From: Haliotis cracherodii | Taxonomy: Eukaryota | NCBI RefSeq assembly: GCF_022045235.1 | Contig: NW_027266297.1 | Coordinates: 72,168,001-72,232,000, forward strand | Reading direction: 5' to 3' | Length of the DNA stretch: 64,000 bases | Part shown: piece after piece, positions 38,021-51,131 of the stretch | Layout of the letters: every line of letters starts with the position of its first letter | Numbering within the stretch: position 1 is the first letter of the stretch | Position numbers and translations under genes: made by a program | The notes under the pieces: generated by a model | What the model saw: the letters and a program-made list of their open reading frames with translations, nothing else | The model's database searches: none | What the model was told of the DNA's origin: nothing

Positions 38021-38450
38021 TGGACCCTCTCTATGGTCTAGTGGTAGAGCGTCCCCCCGGAGAGCGGAAAGTCTGGGGTTCCATCCCCGCCTCATCATAC
38101 CAAAAGACTTTAAAAGATGGTACTTGTTATTACCCTTTCTGGCGCTCGGCAATAATAAGGGACTAAAACAAGGACTGGTCGTCTCGGAGTCAGTATACTG
38201 TGCCTGAATGGGGTATTCATGTTAAACTGCGGCATGGTATCNNNNNNNNNNNNNNNNNNNNNNNNNNNNNNNNNNNNNNNNNNNNNNNNNNNNNNNNNNN
38301 NNNNNNNNNNNNNNNNNNNNNNNNNNNNNNNNNNNNNNNNNNNNNNNNNNNNNNNNNNNNNNNNNNNNNNNNNNNNNNNNNNNNNNNNNNNNNNNNNNNN
38401 NNNCAATAAGCTTGGACTTGAAGTTCAACCCAATTTCACTTCCCCTCACC
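38021..38450 (+). mobile_element. SINE family C spanning an N gap (38242-38403)
   Basis: A-box tggtctagtggtaga; B-box-like ggttccatccc; tail caataagcttgg..aacccaatttcact after the gap. Confidence 0.82.
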
Positions 38451-39963
38451 ATAACTTTTCATGACAAAAATGGATGATAATGATAATAAAGATGGAGTCG
38501 GACGTGTAACATCAGAGTAAGCCGCAATGACCTATCATTTCACATCCCTGCAACAAAACAGACAGAAGATTGCCACGCGGTGATGGTCGACATTAAGCAA
38601 TATACATACTCACAGCGTAGGGCATTATTGAGATTTATAACACCCCATGTTGCCATTCTGGAAAATAAGGACATATGCAAACTAGTTTGTTGAGTAAAAC
38701 TGTTCTTGCCCTAGTAATTCCTGCTGGAGGCGGTACTGAAATACCTGGCGTAACAACATCACTGTGACTGGGAGTAATCAGGCAGAAAGCAGAGTGATGG
38801 TGTAGTAATACAATCATGATCCCATCACTCCAGAAAGAGGGCAATGCATCCACTGTACCTGTGCACTAACCACAACAAGAACTTCATCAGCCCAAGCCGG
38901 TTCAGCCTGGCAACTCTCAACTCAATTTGAATTATTTTTCGGGGGTCTTTTACAGCATCTACAACAGATATAGCCTGTCTTATCCCTCTTAGTCAAGGAG
39001 GGAAAGGTTGGCCTTCAAGTCTGTCAATCCTGTTTTAACATGTGATCTGAAATCCATTTCTCATCTCCAAACTCTAAATTTGCGTTGACAGTATGTTTTA
39101 TGATGACTTTCAGTACAGCACGCAACAACAAATACAACTGCTTTGAAGAAAGAAAAAACATTGATGATTAATAGAACATGCATATCATTTAAATTCTTAA
39201 AGTGAGAGAGTGAGTGAGGCTTAATGCCTCTTTAACAAGGCATTCTTTATTCGTGAAGTTAACCTCTTACTACATTGTAGACATTTAACCCTACATTGAC
39301 ACCAACAACATGCTACCACACTGGTCATATTTGGAGAGAATCTGGGATTTAAACCCATGACTCACAGATTCTCTGGCACATGAAGGAACAAGAAATCAAC
39401 ATTAGCCAATCAGAAAGCAGCTTTCTCGAGCTTTACGGCACAAGTTTCATGCTGGCTACTTCCATTCCAGACTACGCTGTGAAATAATTTTGACAAAGTT
39501 CTTGATTCAAAATATGAAAACTGAACAAAATAATTCTGGAATTCTAACAGATGGCTCAAATTATATGACAGTACTTCCCATGGGCTACAGAAAGTCTCTT
39601 GCATTGACTATGTTTGAACCATTGATTTGAGACACAGACAATGATTTTGACAGAATCGTAACGTAATCGTAACTCAGAATACACCATGTTGACCTTTTCA
39701 AGGTCGTTCTGACGTAATCAGTAATAAGATGTCTTCAGATTTTTGTTCATCAAGCACTAAGATCTGATTTTACTGAGATCGGGTCTTTGAGCTGTGGTAG
39801 CTTAGGTACATGTCGGGAGCCAGGGTGCATTCCAGTCTGGACCAGACAAACCCAAGATGAATATTGTGAGAAATGAAACAGGAGGTGTCACAGACATTGT
39901 TGCCCCAGATGCATAACAACACTCAATCAGAGAGATTGTCTTGAGCAGCGGTCACTGTCCAAG

Positions 39964-40381
39964 TGTAGCAGGGCATGCAGTCATCCCACAGATGACATCC
40001 TTACCTTGTCAGCTTGCTGACGGGGTTAACCTCTTTGGTCATGTAGACAAGGTGTCCGACCTCTGGTCAGAAGGTCCCTGGTTCGAATCCCATCACGGGA
40101 CTCAGAAATTTTAGGGCTGCTACATTGATGCCCAACGTGAGGCTGAGCACGTTTATATTAGATTCGAGCGAAATAAGTCGCAGTACCCTTCTATGCGGCC
40201 CGGGACGTGGCTTCTGTTGGGGGAGTATGTAGCAGGGCGTGCAGTCATCCTACAGATGACATTCTTACCTTTTCAGCTTGCTGACGGGGTTAACTTCTTT
40301 GGTCATGTAGACAAGGTCTCCGACCTCTGATCAGAAGGTCCGTGGTTCGAATCCCATCACAGGACTATTATGGCCGCTACA
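39964..40381 (+). mobile_element. TRIM (miniature LTR retrotransposon) with tRNA-like LTRs, Helenus-type
   Basis: LTR1 39964-40124 and LTR2 40228-40381, both TGTAGC...GCTACA. PBS tgatgcccaacgtgaggc at 40126-40143; PPT gggggagta at 40219-40227; TSD CAAG at 39960-63 and 40382-85. Confidence 0.92.
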
Positions 40382-40436
40382 CAAGTACTGACCTTACACT
40401 GCAACCATTACAGACATTCAATACCCCATCTTCCCC

Positions 40437-40932
40437 AGGCAAGAGTGTTAACAGACTTTAAAAGTCCAGTTTTCACGCTTGCGAACTAGGTTGGTATTAT
40501 GGAGTTACATTTGGCTGGACTATGCACAGTCCAATCAAATTCATGCAATGAAATCAAAATCCGGCTCTGAACTGTCATGCATATTTCGGTCAATTGCAGG
40601 ATTTGCAAAGCATGTGCAACGCCAACTCGTTGTCAACAGATATTTTCTAAATCTTGCCATGTTTTTAATCAAGGTGCTCATGTGATTTGCACTTTGCGAA
40701 GTAAGACTCGTTTTATCACAATAGAGATCTTGATTATTGATCAGATCGTATTGACTGGACGCCACCATTTTGTTTGAAGCAAATGCAAGTGATACAAGAG
40801 GTGGAATTGGTCCATAGGAGAGTCTTAGAAGGGACAATACTTGTAATAACCACTGGTGGCGCTACAATCGAGCCTGGAAATTCCAGCCTAGTTCGGCAAC
40901 AGGACTTTAAAAGTCACGTAACTCCCTTGCCT
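40437..40932. mobile_element. MITE family E
   Basis: TIRs aggcaagagtgttaacagacttttaaaagtcc ... ggactttaaaagtcacgtaactcccttgcct; homologs at 59692-60200 and 7845-8242. Confidence 0.82.
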
Positions 40933-40942
40933 CGGAAAAATG

Positions 40943-41184
40943 CCAATACCCATTCTGTTCATGTTTTACAAAAGCATAAAGACAGAATGTTCATAGGAAG
41001 GGTACATAGAACATCGTATATATATATCAACACAGTTGGTTAACTTTGAAAGTACGAACCTTCCACACCAGCCATAACAGACATCCAATACCCATTCTGT
41101 TCATGTTTTACAACAAGCATGAAGACAGGATCTACATGGGAGGGGTACATGGAACATCTTACAATCAACACAGTTGATTAACTC
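40943..41184. repeat. Local tandem duplication, about 142-bp spacing
   Basis: ccaatacccattctgttcatgttttacaa...tcaacacagttg..taact occurs twice. Confidence 0.85.
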
Positions 41185-42061
41185 TAAGGCCTGCCATGTA
41201 ATCTTAAACTTTTGTGTTGACACATTTGTTATCAAAGGCCTGAGAGAGAGATTCTATGTATCATCCAACATCATTCTGCCACTTTCTTCAGTTGGTAACA
41301 ATAATGACCAGTGAGTGTCGAGGGGCAGCAAACCAGCTTCAGTGGCAGAGAGATTAGTGATGACGTCACAATGGTCCTCAAAGCATTGAAATTGCAGTTG
41401 CATTTTAGTGATATCTCCGAAGGAGATTTCCAATGAAAACCAGTTTTGGATGATAAATTATTTAATCCTAAGCTACATAAACTTGAAAGGATAGAACATT
41501 TACTTGCTGCAAAAACATTGAATAAAACAAATACTCAACACCACTTTTACTCCAGCAGTGCTCCATGAGGACTTGGACATACTGTTTTACATGAAACAGG
41601 ACGATTTCTCCATTGTCTTTGATCTAATGCCATGTCCACAGTGAAGTTATCACCAGGTACTACACACTTTTTTGTACTGGATATTAATATCAAATATCCC
41701 TCAAACCTATATTTGCTCATTTTATAACACATCCATCAACATCATATTTCATAATCCTGATAAAGGTCAGTGCCATTTTTGCACTGGAATGTGCAATCAT
41801 CTAATGAAGAAACAGTGTCACAGGCAGGAACAAACAAGCTGAGCGGCAAGATGAGCGGCCTCGAGAGGATTGATTCTCATATTCGACACAATTTGGTCAC
41901 CATGGTTGAGACTCCCAACATAATACCCATCACATCATCTCGGCATACACATGTCATTATCTCATGGAAAAACAGCATACACAACACAAGTGCTGAATTA
42001 CATTGTTATTTGAATTATTTGAATATTCTTTAAACCTAGAAACAAGAAGTAGCCAGGTGGG

Positions 42062-42412
42062 GGTGGAGGTGAGGTGAAATGGGGTTTAACATCACATCCA
42101 TGCTAATTGCACTTATATAGCAACATGCATGCATGTGTGTGTGTGTGGCTGCTTGTACTAGTCTGGACTGATGCGGATTTATAGCGCTAGCCCACTGAGA
42201 TATCATGCCTCAGTTTAACATGAATACTCCACTCAAAAATAGTATACTCCAGGCTGACCAGTCCTTGTTTTAGCCCCTTAATACCGAGCACCAGACAGGG
42301 TAACTGCAAGTACCATCCTTTAACTTTTCTTGGTATAACGCAGCCGGGGATCGAACCTCTGACCTTCCGCTCTCCAGGCGGATGCTCTACCACTGGACCA
42401 CGGAGGCGGTCT
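42062..42412 (-). mobile_element. SINE family C, full length
   Basis: B-box gggatcgaacc; A-box ctctaccactggacca; homologous to 955-1288. Confidence 0.88.
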
Positions 42413-42484
42413 GTCTGACATGAAGCCTTATCATTCACAAAAGTTGAATTGACAGCTGTTTCAAATTTTTTGCCAAGGACACAT

Positions 42485-43078
42485 AGATGTGATACTCCTA
42501 GTAGTTTCAGGGAAGTTTGTACCCCGCACTTGACATCAGTGTATTCAGAGAAGGGAATATGGTGCACTGTCATTGTAAGGACAGATGTGATACTCCTAGT
42601 AGTTTCAGGGAAGTTTGTACCCTGCACTTGACATCAGTGTATGCAGAGAAGGGAATATGGTGCACTGTCATTGTAAGGACAGATGTGATACTCCTAGTAG
42701 TTTCAGGGAAGTTTGTACCCAGCACTTGACATCAGTGTATTCAGAGAAGGGAATATGGTGCACTGTCATTGTAAGAACAGATGTGATACTCCTAGTAGTT
42801 TCAGGGAAGTTTGTAACCCGCACTTGACATCAGTGTATGCAGTGAAGGGAATATGGTGCACTGTCATTGTAAGGACAGATGTGATACTCCTAGTAGTTTC
42901 AGGGAAGTTTGTACCCCGCACTTGACATCAGTGTATTCAGAGAAGGGAATATGGTGCACTGTCATTGTAAGAACAGATGTGATACTCCTAGTAGTTTCAG
43001 GGAAGTTTGTAACCCGCACTTGACATCAGTGTATGCAGAGAAGGGAATATGGTGCACTGTCATTGTAAGGACAGATGC
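42485..43078. repeat. Tandem array, 98-bp unit, about 6 copies
   Basis: agatgtgatactcctagtagtttcaggg recurs every 98 bp. Confidence 0.96.
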
Positions 43079-43510
43079 ACTCATTTGTGCTATTCAGGCA
43101 ATCAGGTTATAACAGTACAGTCATTAAATATTGATGGACCTATTTTCCCCCTCAGGAAACATCATCAGGTCCTCTCATGAGTTGTTGAGTACTAATAAAC
43201 ACTGATACACTGGGAGATAACATGGGATGCCTTTGTTCTCGGAAACAGGAACCAATTGTCCACTGAGGTCTGTCCGATCGGTTGATAAATGCTGCATGCT
43301 GGAAGTGTATAGAATAAAATAATATAGATACACAACAAATGGCAAAGAACAATGAAGAACGAAGCATGACGTCATTTCTGGAGATTCTCATTCATGTGCT
43401 CGCAACTAGATGACGTCGTGGAATTCCCACTGGGAGACAAGCATGAGGTACTGGGAATTTCTTTGCTCTAGAATTCTCCTAGAACACAAGAATGGGTTAC
43501 TGTGAAGATA

Positions 43511-43800
43511 NNNNNNNNNNNNNNNNNNNNNNNNNNNNNNNNNNNNNNNNNNNNNNNNNNNNNNNNNNNNNNNNNNNNNNNNNNNNNNNNNNNNNNNNNN
43601 NNNNNNNNNNNNNNNNNNNNNNNNNNNNNNNNNNNNNNNNNNNNNNNNNNNNNNNNNNNNNNNNNNNNNNNNNNNNNNNNNNNNNNNNNNNNNNNNNNNN
43701 NNNNNNNNNNNNNNNNNNNNNNNNNNNNNNNNNNNNNNNNNNNNNNNNNNNNNNNNNNNNNNNNNNNNNNNNNNNNNNNNNNNNNNNNNNNNNNNNNNNN
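43511..43800. other. Assembly gap or masked run (N), followed by (AC)n
   Basis: 290 N. Confidence 0.99.
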
Positions 43801-44949
43801 AAACACACACACACACATCTCTCAGTAGTTTGATGGCCTGCAAAGAAAAGCAATTTTTCTGCAAAACATCAGCTACTTCACTAAAGAAAAAATATAATTT
43901 CTTTACAATCTCCATAATATTTCATTCTGCTGCAAATGTCCCAGAGGGCTATACCGCTAATCACTTGCTATCACACTATGACAATATTTCACTTGAATCT
44001 AGGCCAAGAGCAGCCTGGGTGTGAACCTCACTGCCAAATACAGTAACTTGCAAAAGCATTATCTCAAAAACTTCAGTAAAACAGCTAAAGGTATGTAGAG
44101 TTACCACATCAAGGCTTCTGACAACCAAGGCCATTTGTCAGTCTCATTGAGGCTATTCCATATTACAATGTTTGAACATTACATAGCTCAGACAATCAAC
44201 CATCCACATCACATCTCTAAATAAGCAGATTAATTTGAAAAAGCATATTGCATTGTACAAACACAGATATCCTCCATGTTTGGGTCTCTAATTTCATGTT
44301 ATTGACGATTTGAAGTCAGTATTTTGTTTGCATCAGCTGACGTCAACTAGGGTGACTTTAGAGTGTTTTCTCGTCATAACAGCCGATTGGTCGATCTCAG
44401 AAATGTGATTTTTTACAATGATTCATCAACAGAAACTAACTGATGACGTCCCAGAGCACTGCGCTATCATTAATATTTAAAACATATTTGTAAAGTAGAA
44501 ACTAATATAGAAATGTCAGCATATCTTATTTCCAGTACCATAATACTTCCATATTTTGTTTTTTTCTAATCACGTTCAAGATCACTGGAGCAATGATATG
44601 AGGTATTTCTTCCTAATTAATAGTTGATGATCTTTATACATTTATTGTTATTTCAGGTTGTCTAAAACAATTCCAATAAAATTTCAAATACAGAGTTGTA
44701 TATAACCATGCCGGGCGGCCCGTCAATATTTACTGCTGACTTTTTGCCTAAGTGTAGAATCTCCAGCCAAGGATTCTCCTTAGTGAAACAATGATACTTT
44801 CTACTGTACACTGAACTCAAATAGTTTCTAAACAGAACTCCTAAAGGGGTTGTGTGTTATATACAGGGGTACATGACAAATGACACAATATTCTGTTATG
44901 TGGCAGTAGAGCATTGAAAATTTGTTTGTAGTAATTATCAGTGGCAGCA

Positions 44950-45040
44950 TACAATGTGTGAAGCTCATTTCCGGTGTCCCCCGCTGTGATATTGCTGGAA
45001 TATTGCTAAAAGCGGCAAAAAAACCATACTCACTCACTCA
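44950..45040 (+). mobile_element. SINE family B, 5'-truncated
   Basis: tacaatgtgtgaagctcatttccggtgtcccc...(actc)n, flanked by direct repeat tcagtggcagca. Confidence 0.85.
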
Positions 45041-46049
45041 GTGGCAGCAAATGATTGAAGTGCCAGTAAAATGTTGAGTGCTGCCAGCAGCAGGGAGTTG
45101 AAGTTGGAGTTATCTGCCCCTTGTTGTTGTTTACAAACATTGCAGACTTGATCATTCGAGACATTTGGGAAAGGAAAGTTTCTAGACCTCTGGCTGTACT
45201 TGGACAATATTCTGAACATTTGTGAGTCCACTCTCATTAATTATCAGGCCTGTTATTTATCGCCACATATTTGATCCAATGCATTAGCTTTTTTATATTG
45301 TAATCCCAAATCTTGTCTTTCAAGATAATTTATTGATTATTCATTGATCTTGTTTGGTCATTTGCTGATTTCACGATTGAGATATATACAAACCAATTTC
45401 TGGGTTAACTACAGCATTTCAATTTGCAAATCACCTCATAACAATATGAAATTCTTTTATAAACATAGTTTCAAAATTTAACATAGTTTAACGGAATCTG
45501 ATCTGTTTTAAAGGACTGTGTACATGACGTTTCAGACTGCCGAAGTAACAGGGATGATAAACACCATACAAAGCAACAGAGAAATGATTATTAAGAATAT
45601 ATCTAAAAGTTCCAGAATCAAGTTATCTATATGTAATAAGACCTCTTCTCAAACATACCGTCATTGCATGTCTCATCGGTTTTTAACCTTTGAAATGTGA
45701 GCAAATTGAAAAACAAACTATTTTGAATCTCTGTAACATCATTTCGAGCTCCATGGTTTGATATTGGAAGCTGCTGTACGTCACCAGGAAGGGCTGACTT
45801 GTAGACGCCAAAACATCCAGACATCCTGGCTCTCATCGTGAGATGAGGGATTTCAATTCCAAACAATCAGTTCACATCTCAAGCTCTCATTCACAGCGGT
45901 GTTATACATTTGAAAATTGGTAATTTTTTTCCACTCTTCATTATTACCAACAGATAATTCATTACTTATCAATCAAGGGGAGGTTGTTTTTAATATTTAG
46001 CCTACCCCATGATTCATTCAATTCTAAAACCATATTCTTATCTTGATGA

Positions 46050-46178
46050 AGAGGAATAGTCTAATGGTAAAAGCACTCATCATCACACTGTAGGACTGTC
46101 TGCCATAAATACCCCACAAAGGTACAATAAAATGTGTGAATCCCAATTCTGGTTTCCCTCATTGCAATATTGCTGGAC
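46050..46178 (+). mobile_element. Degenerate SINE family B copy running into the 11-bp satellite
   Basis: tagtctaatggtaaaagca...ggtacaat..atgtgtgaatcccaattctggtttccc...aatattgctgga. Confidence 0.7.
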
Positions 46179-48218
46179 TATTGCTGGACTGTTGCTGGAC
46201 TATTGCTGGACTATTGCTGGACTAGTGCTGGACTATTGCTGGACTATAGCTGGACTAGTGCTGGACTATAGCTGGACTAGTGCTGGACTATTGCTGGACT
46301 ATTGCTGGATCATCATTTTGCTGGACTATTGCTGGACTATTGCTGGATCATCATTTTGCTGGACTATTGCTGGACTATTGCTGGACTATAGCTGGACTAG
46401 TGCTGGGATATTGCTGGGATATTGCTGGACTATTGCTGGGATATTGCTGGACTATTGAGGGATCATCATTTTGCTGGACTATTGCTGGACTATTGGACTA
46501 GTGCTGGGGTATTGCTGGACTAGTGCTGGACTATAGCTGGACTATAGCTGGACTAGTGTTGGGGTATTGCTGGACTATTGCTGGACTATAGCTGGACTAT
46601 AGCTGGATTAGTGCTGGACTATTGCTGGACTATTGCTGGACTATAGCTGGACTATAGCTGGACTATTGCGGGACTATAGCTGGACTATAGCTGGACTAGT
46701 GCTGGGATATCGCTGGACTATAGCTGGACTATAGCTGGACTATTGCTGGACTATAGCTGGACTATTGCTGGACTATAGCTGGACTATTGCTGGACTATTG
46801 CTGGACTATTGCTGGACTATTGCGGGACTATAGCTGGACTAGTGTTGCTGGAATGAAATATTGCTAGACTAGTGATTGACTATTGCTGGACTTTTGCTGG
46901 ACTATTGCATATTGCTGGCATATTAATGGATTATTGTTGGACTTTTGCTGGACTATAGGTGGACTATTTCTGGACTATCAAATTGCTGGACAAATGCTGA
47001 ACTGTTACTGGACTATTGGTGGACTAATAGTGGACTATTGATGGACTATTGCTGCATGTTGCTGGCATACTACTGGACTATTGATGGACTATAGCTGGAC
47101 CTTTTCTGGACTATCATATTGCTAGACTATTGCTGTACTATTGCTGCATATTGCTGGACTATTGCTGGACAATTGCTGGACTATTGCTGGACTATTGCTG
47201 GACTAGTGCTGGACTATTGCTGGACTATAGCTGGACTAGTGCTGGACTATAATTGGACTAGTGCTGGACTATTGCTGGACTATTGCTGGATCATCATTTT
47301 GCTGGACTATTGCTGGACTATTGCTGGATCATCATTTTGCTGGACTATTGCTGGACTATTGCTGGACTATTGCTGGACTATAGCTGGACTAGTGCTGGGA
47401 TATTGCTGGGATATTGCTGGACTATTGCTGGGATATTGCTGGACTATTGAGGGATCATCATTTTGCTGGACTATTGCTGGACTATTGGACTAGTGCTGGG
47501 GTATTGCTGGACTAGTGCTGGACTATAGCTGGACTATAGCTGGACTAGTGTTGGGGTATTGCTGGACTATTGCTGGACTATAGCTGGACTATAGCTGGAT
47601 TAGTGCTGGACTATTGCTGGACTATTGCTGGACTATAGCTGGACTATAGCTGGACTATTGCGGGACTATAGCTGGACTATAGCTGGACTAGTGCTGGGAT
47701 ATCGCTGGACTATAGCTGGACTATAGCTGGACTATTGCTGGACTATAGCTGGACTATTGCTGGACTATAGCTGGACTATTGCTGGACTATTGCTGGACTA
47801 TTGCTGGACTATTGCGGGACTATAGCTGGACTAGTGTTGCTGGAATGAAATATTGCTAGACTAGTGATTGACTATTGCTGGACTTTTGCTGGACTATTGC
47901 ATATTGCTGGCATATTAATGGATTATTGTTGGACTTTTGCTGGACTATAGGTGGACTATTTCTGGACTATCAAATTGCTGGACAAATGCTGAACTGTTAC
48001 TGGACTATTGGTGGACTAATAGTGGACTATTGATGGACTATTGCTGCATGTTGCTGGCATACTACTGGACTATTGATGGACTATAGCTGGACCTTTTCTG
48101 GACTATCATATTGCTAGACTATTGCTGTACTATTGCTGCATATTGCTGGACTATTGCTGGACAATTGCTGGACTAATGTTGGATAATTGCTGGACTATTA
48201 TTGGCCTATTGCTGGACA
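46168..48218. repeat. 11-bp satellite (TATTGCTGGAC) with about 992-bp higher-order duplication
   Basis: Unique marker gaatgaaata at 46851 and 47843; other variants are duplicated at the same spacing. Confidence 0.95.
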
Positions 48219-48477
48219 ATCACACAAGCAGGATTTCAATCACAGCACATTTTTAACTTTGTCAAAACAAAACTAATCATAGACTCATTAGAAAGAGTGT
48301 AACTTAAAGAAGCAAATCTGTAACATATTAAGTCACTGTTAAAGTACTGTTCACAAAATCCATGAACTTCAGAAAAGTTAAAAGTGCAGTCTAAATGTTC
48401 ATTATATAGATCTTGAAAAATTGGGTAATTGTTTAAAACATGACATTCTAAGAAATACATGCTGGTATGTTGTGACA

Positions 48478-49516
48478 AGAGCACAACAGTTTGTACCAGG
48501 TTGCTGTCTCTACACAAGCACAACAGTTTGTACCAGGTTGCTGTCTCTACACAAGCACAACAGTTTGTACCAGGTTGCTGTCTCTACACAAACACAACAG
48601 CTTGTACCAGGTTGCTGTCTCTACACAAGCACAACAGTTTGTACCAGGTTGCTGTCTCTACACAAGCACAACAGTTTGTACCAGGTTGCTGTCTCTACAC
48701 AAGCACAACAGTTTGTACCAGGTTGCTGTCTCTACACATTCACAACAGTTTGTACCAGGTTGCTGTCTCTACACAAGCACAACAGCTTGTACCAGGTTGC
48801 TGTCTCTACACAAGCACAACAGTTTGTACCAGGTTGCTGTCTCTACACATTCACAACAGTTTGTACCAGGATGCTGTCTCTACACAAGCACAACAGTTTG
48901 TACCAGGTTGCTGTCTCTACACAAGCACAACACTTTGTACCAGGTTGCTGTCTCTACACAAGCACAACAGTTTGTACCAGGTTGCTGTCTCTACACAAGC
49001 ACAACAGTTTGTACCAGATTGCTGTCTCTACACAAGCACAACAGTTTGTACCAGGTTGCTGTCTCTACACATTCACAACAGCTTGTACCATGTTGCTGTC
49101 TCTACACAAGCACAACAGCTTGTACCAGGTTGCTGTCTCTACACAAGCACAACAGTTTGTACCAGGTTGCTGTCTCTACACATTCACAACAGCTTGTACC
49201 AGGTTGCTGTCTCTACACAAGCACAACAGTTTGTACCAGGTTGCTGTCTCTACACAAGCACAACAGTTTGTACCAGGTTGCTGTCTCTACACAAGCACAA
49301 CAGCTTGTACCAGGTTGCTGTCTCTACACAAGCACAACAGCTTGTACCAGGTTGCTGTCTCTACACAAGCACAACAGTTTGTACCAGGTTGCTGTCTCTA
49401 CAAAAGCACAACAGTTTGTACCAGGTTGCTGTCTCTACAAAAGCACAACAGTTTGTACCAGGTTGCTGTCTCTACACAAGCACAACAGCTTGTACCAGGT
49501 TGCTGTCTCTACACAA
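48478..49516. repeat. Tandem array, 37-bp unit, about 28 copies
   Basis: gcacaacagtttgtaccaggttgctgtctctacacaa repeated. Confidence 0.97.
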
Positions 49517-49593
49517 CCCTGGTGAACTTCCCATTATTGGACAGGACAGGAGGTCATACGTCCATCAAAGCTGTCAAATACCTCATCAGGATA

Positions 49594-49922
49594 CCATATT
49601 TTCCTGAGTATAGTGCTCACTTTTTTTTTAAAAAACACAGCTGTGTAGAAGGGGGTATGCATTATACACGCCATAATGAGTTTTGATTGGTTTTTACCCC
49701 AACACAAAGACATTACCATATCTGGTGATTTTCTATCTCAAATTTCAAATTTGTACTGACCAAGTTTCTTATCACATGTTTGTTTACCCGAATAAGCTGA
49801 AGGGGTAGAGCGTAATTTCTTCTGCGCAAGATATTTGGAATTCTTTTTTTTCCAAAATACTGAATCCGCTAGAGGGGGGTGCTCATTATACTTGGGTGCG
49901 CACTACACTCAAGAAAATATGG
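49594..49922. mobile_element. Internally deleted copy of the 22590-23694 element
   Basis: Same TIRs (CCATATTTTCCTGAGTATAGTG / CACTACACTCAAGAAAATATGG) with TA flanks; centre absent. Confidence 0.88.
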
Positions 49923-50434
49923 TAATTGACAAATGTTTCAAAATGCAGCAAAAAATAGCATGTACTGATTTAAATCGTGGTTTCATTCATGGCTTCCATT
50001 CATAAAATGACCAAAATGCACGGCAAAGAATAGAAATAACCAAATTTGTTGGTAGAAATAATTAAGGTCAACCGTTATGATGATCGACATTTGATGTCTC
50101 TGGACAAGGGCTTCCATCTGCTCTGAATGAAGCCTTTGTAACCCAGTGTGTAGTCACTGTGGAGCAATTACTGGCACTGACTTGTTAAAGCGTGTACAAA
50201 TAACGGGACAAAACCATTTCCAATAGAAATCTCTGCAGAGTCAATTGTACCATTACAACTGTGGCATGAATCATGAACATTATGAATCACTATCAAATAG
50301 TGATGACACCAGGTGTTTTCAAACTGCCTAACCTGGCACCCATCACAAACACATGCAGAGGCAAGTCAATTGTCCACCTGAAAATACATGGGAACATATG
50401 GTACAAGTCAAAATAAGGAATAAAAAGACCCTCT

Positions 50435-50712
50435 GAAATAGGGTCTACTGAATAGAGTGTCTGCTTGAGATAGAAGGCCGGTGGTCAATCCCCCCCATCA
50501 TGCCATACCAAAAGACATTAAAGGATGGTACTTGTTGTTACCCTGCTTGGGGATAAAACAAGGACTTGGAATCATTATACTGTGTCTGAGTAGAGTATCC
50601 ATTTAAAACTAAGGTGTGGTATCTCAGTTGGCTAGCACAATCAATCTGGCATTAGTCCAGACTAACATAAGTGCAATAATCTTGAATGCAAGGTTAAACC
50701 CTATTTCACCTC
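50435..50712 (+). mobile_element. SINE family C, degenerate
   Basis: cataccaaaagacattaaaggatggtacttg ... gttaaaccctatttcacctc. Confidence 0.75.
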
Positions 50713-50854
50713 TATTGACACCTATGGAGAAGTCGGCCACAGACAGCCATGGAGAAGACGACCATGGACAGCCATGGAGAAGTTGGCCATAGAAACCTAT
50801 GGAGAAGTCGGCCATAGACAGCCATGGAGAAGTCGGCCAGTCGGACACCTATGG

Positions 50855-51131
50855 AGTGAGTGAGTGAGTCTGGTTTAACGCCGCTTTTAACAGCATTCCA
50901 GTTATATCACTTCGTGTCAGCTTAATGTGGGAGGAAAGCCCGAAGTGATGCATGTCTTAGATGTTTACCACTTCAGTGAAACCCACGAGCACGGGTATGG
51001 TGCTGACAAACCTAGAAACATAATCGGGGCGAACCAGGATTCGAACCCACAATCATAGGTTTCTGGCGTGCCTAAGGGACCAACTCTGCACAGCGAATCG
51101 CGGCGCCTTAGATGACTGGGCCACCCGTGCC
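50855..51131 (-). mobile_element. SINE family A, full length with TSD
   Basis: Close match to 12115-12400; TSD gacacctatggag; inserted at the end of a short tandem array (50717-50855). Confidence 0.9.

Noticed and set aside
38700-38790. Possible miR-27-like sequence (UCACAGUG seed on the minus strand), given that vertebrate AOPEP hosts miR-23b/27b/24-1
   Set aside because: Seed-only match, weak hairpin, and no miR-23 or miR-24-like neighbours found by eye.
40028-40100. Functional tRNA-Arg gene (also the tRNA-like heads of SINEs A-C)
   Set aside because: Acceptor stems do not pair properly and the sequences are embedded in mobile elements.
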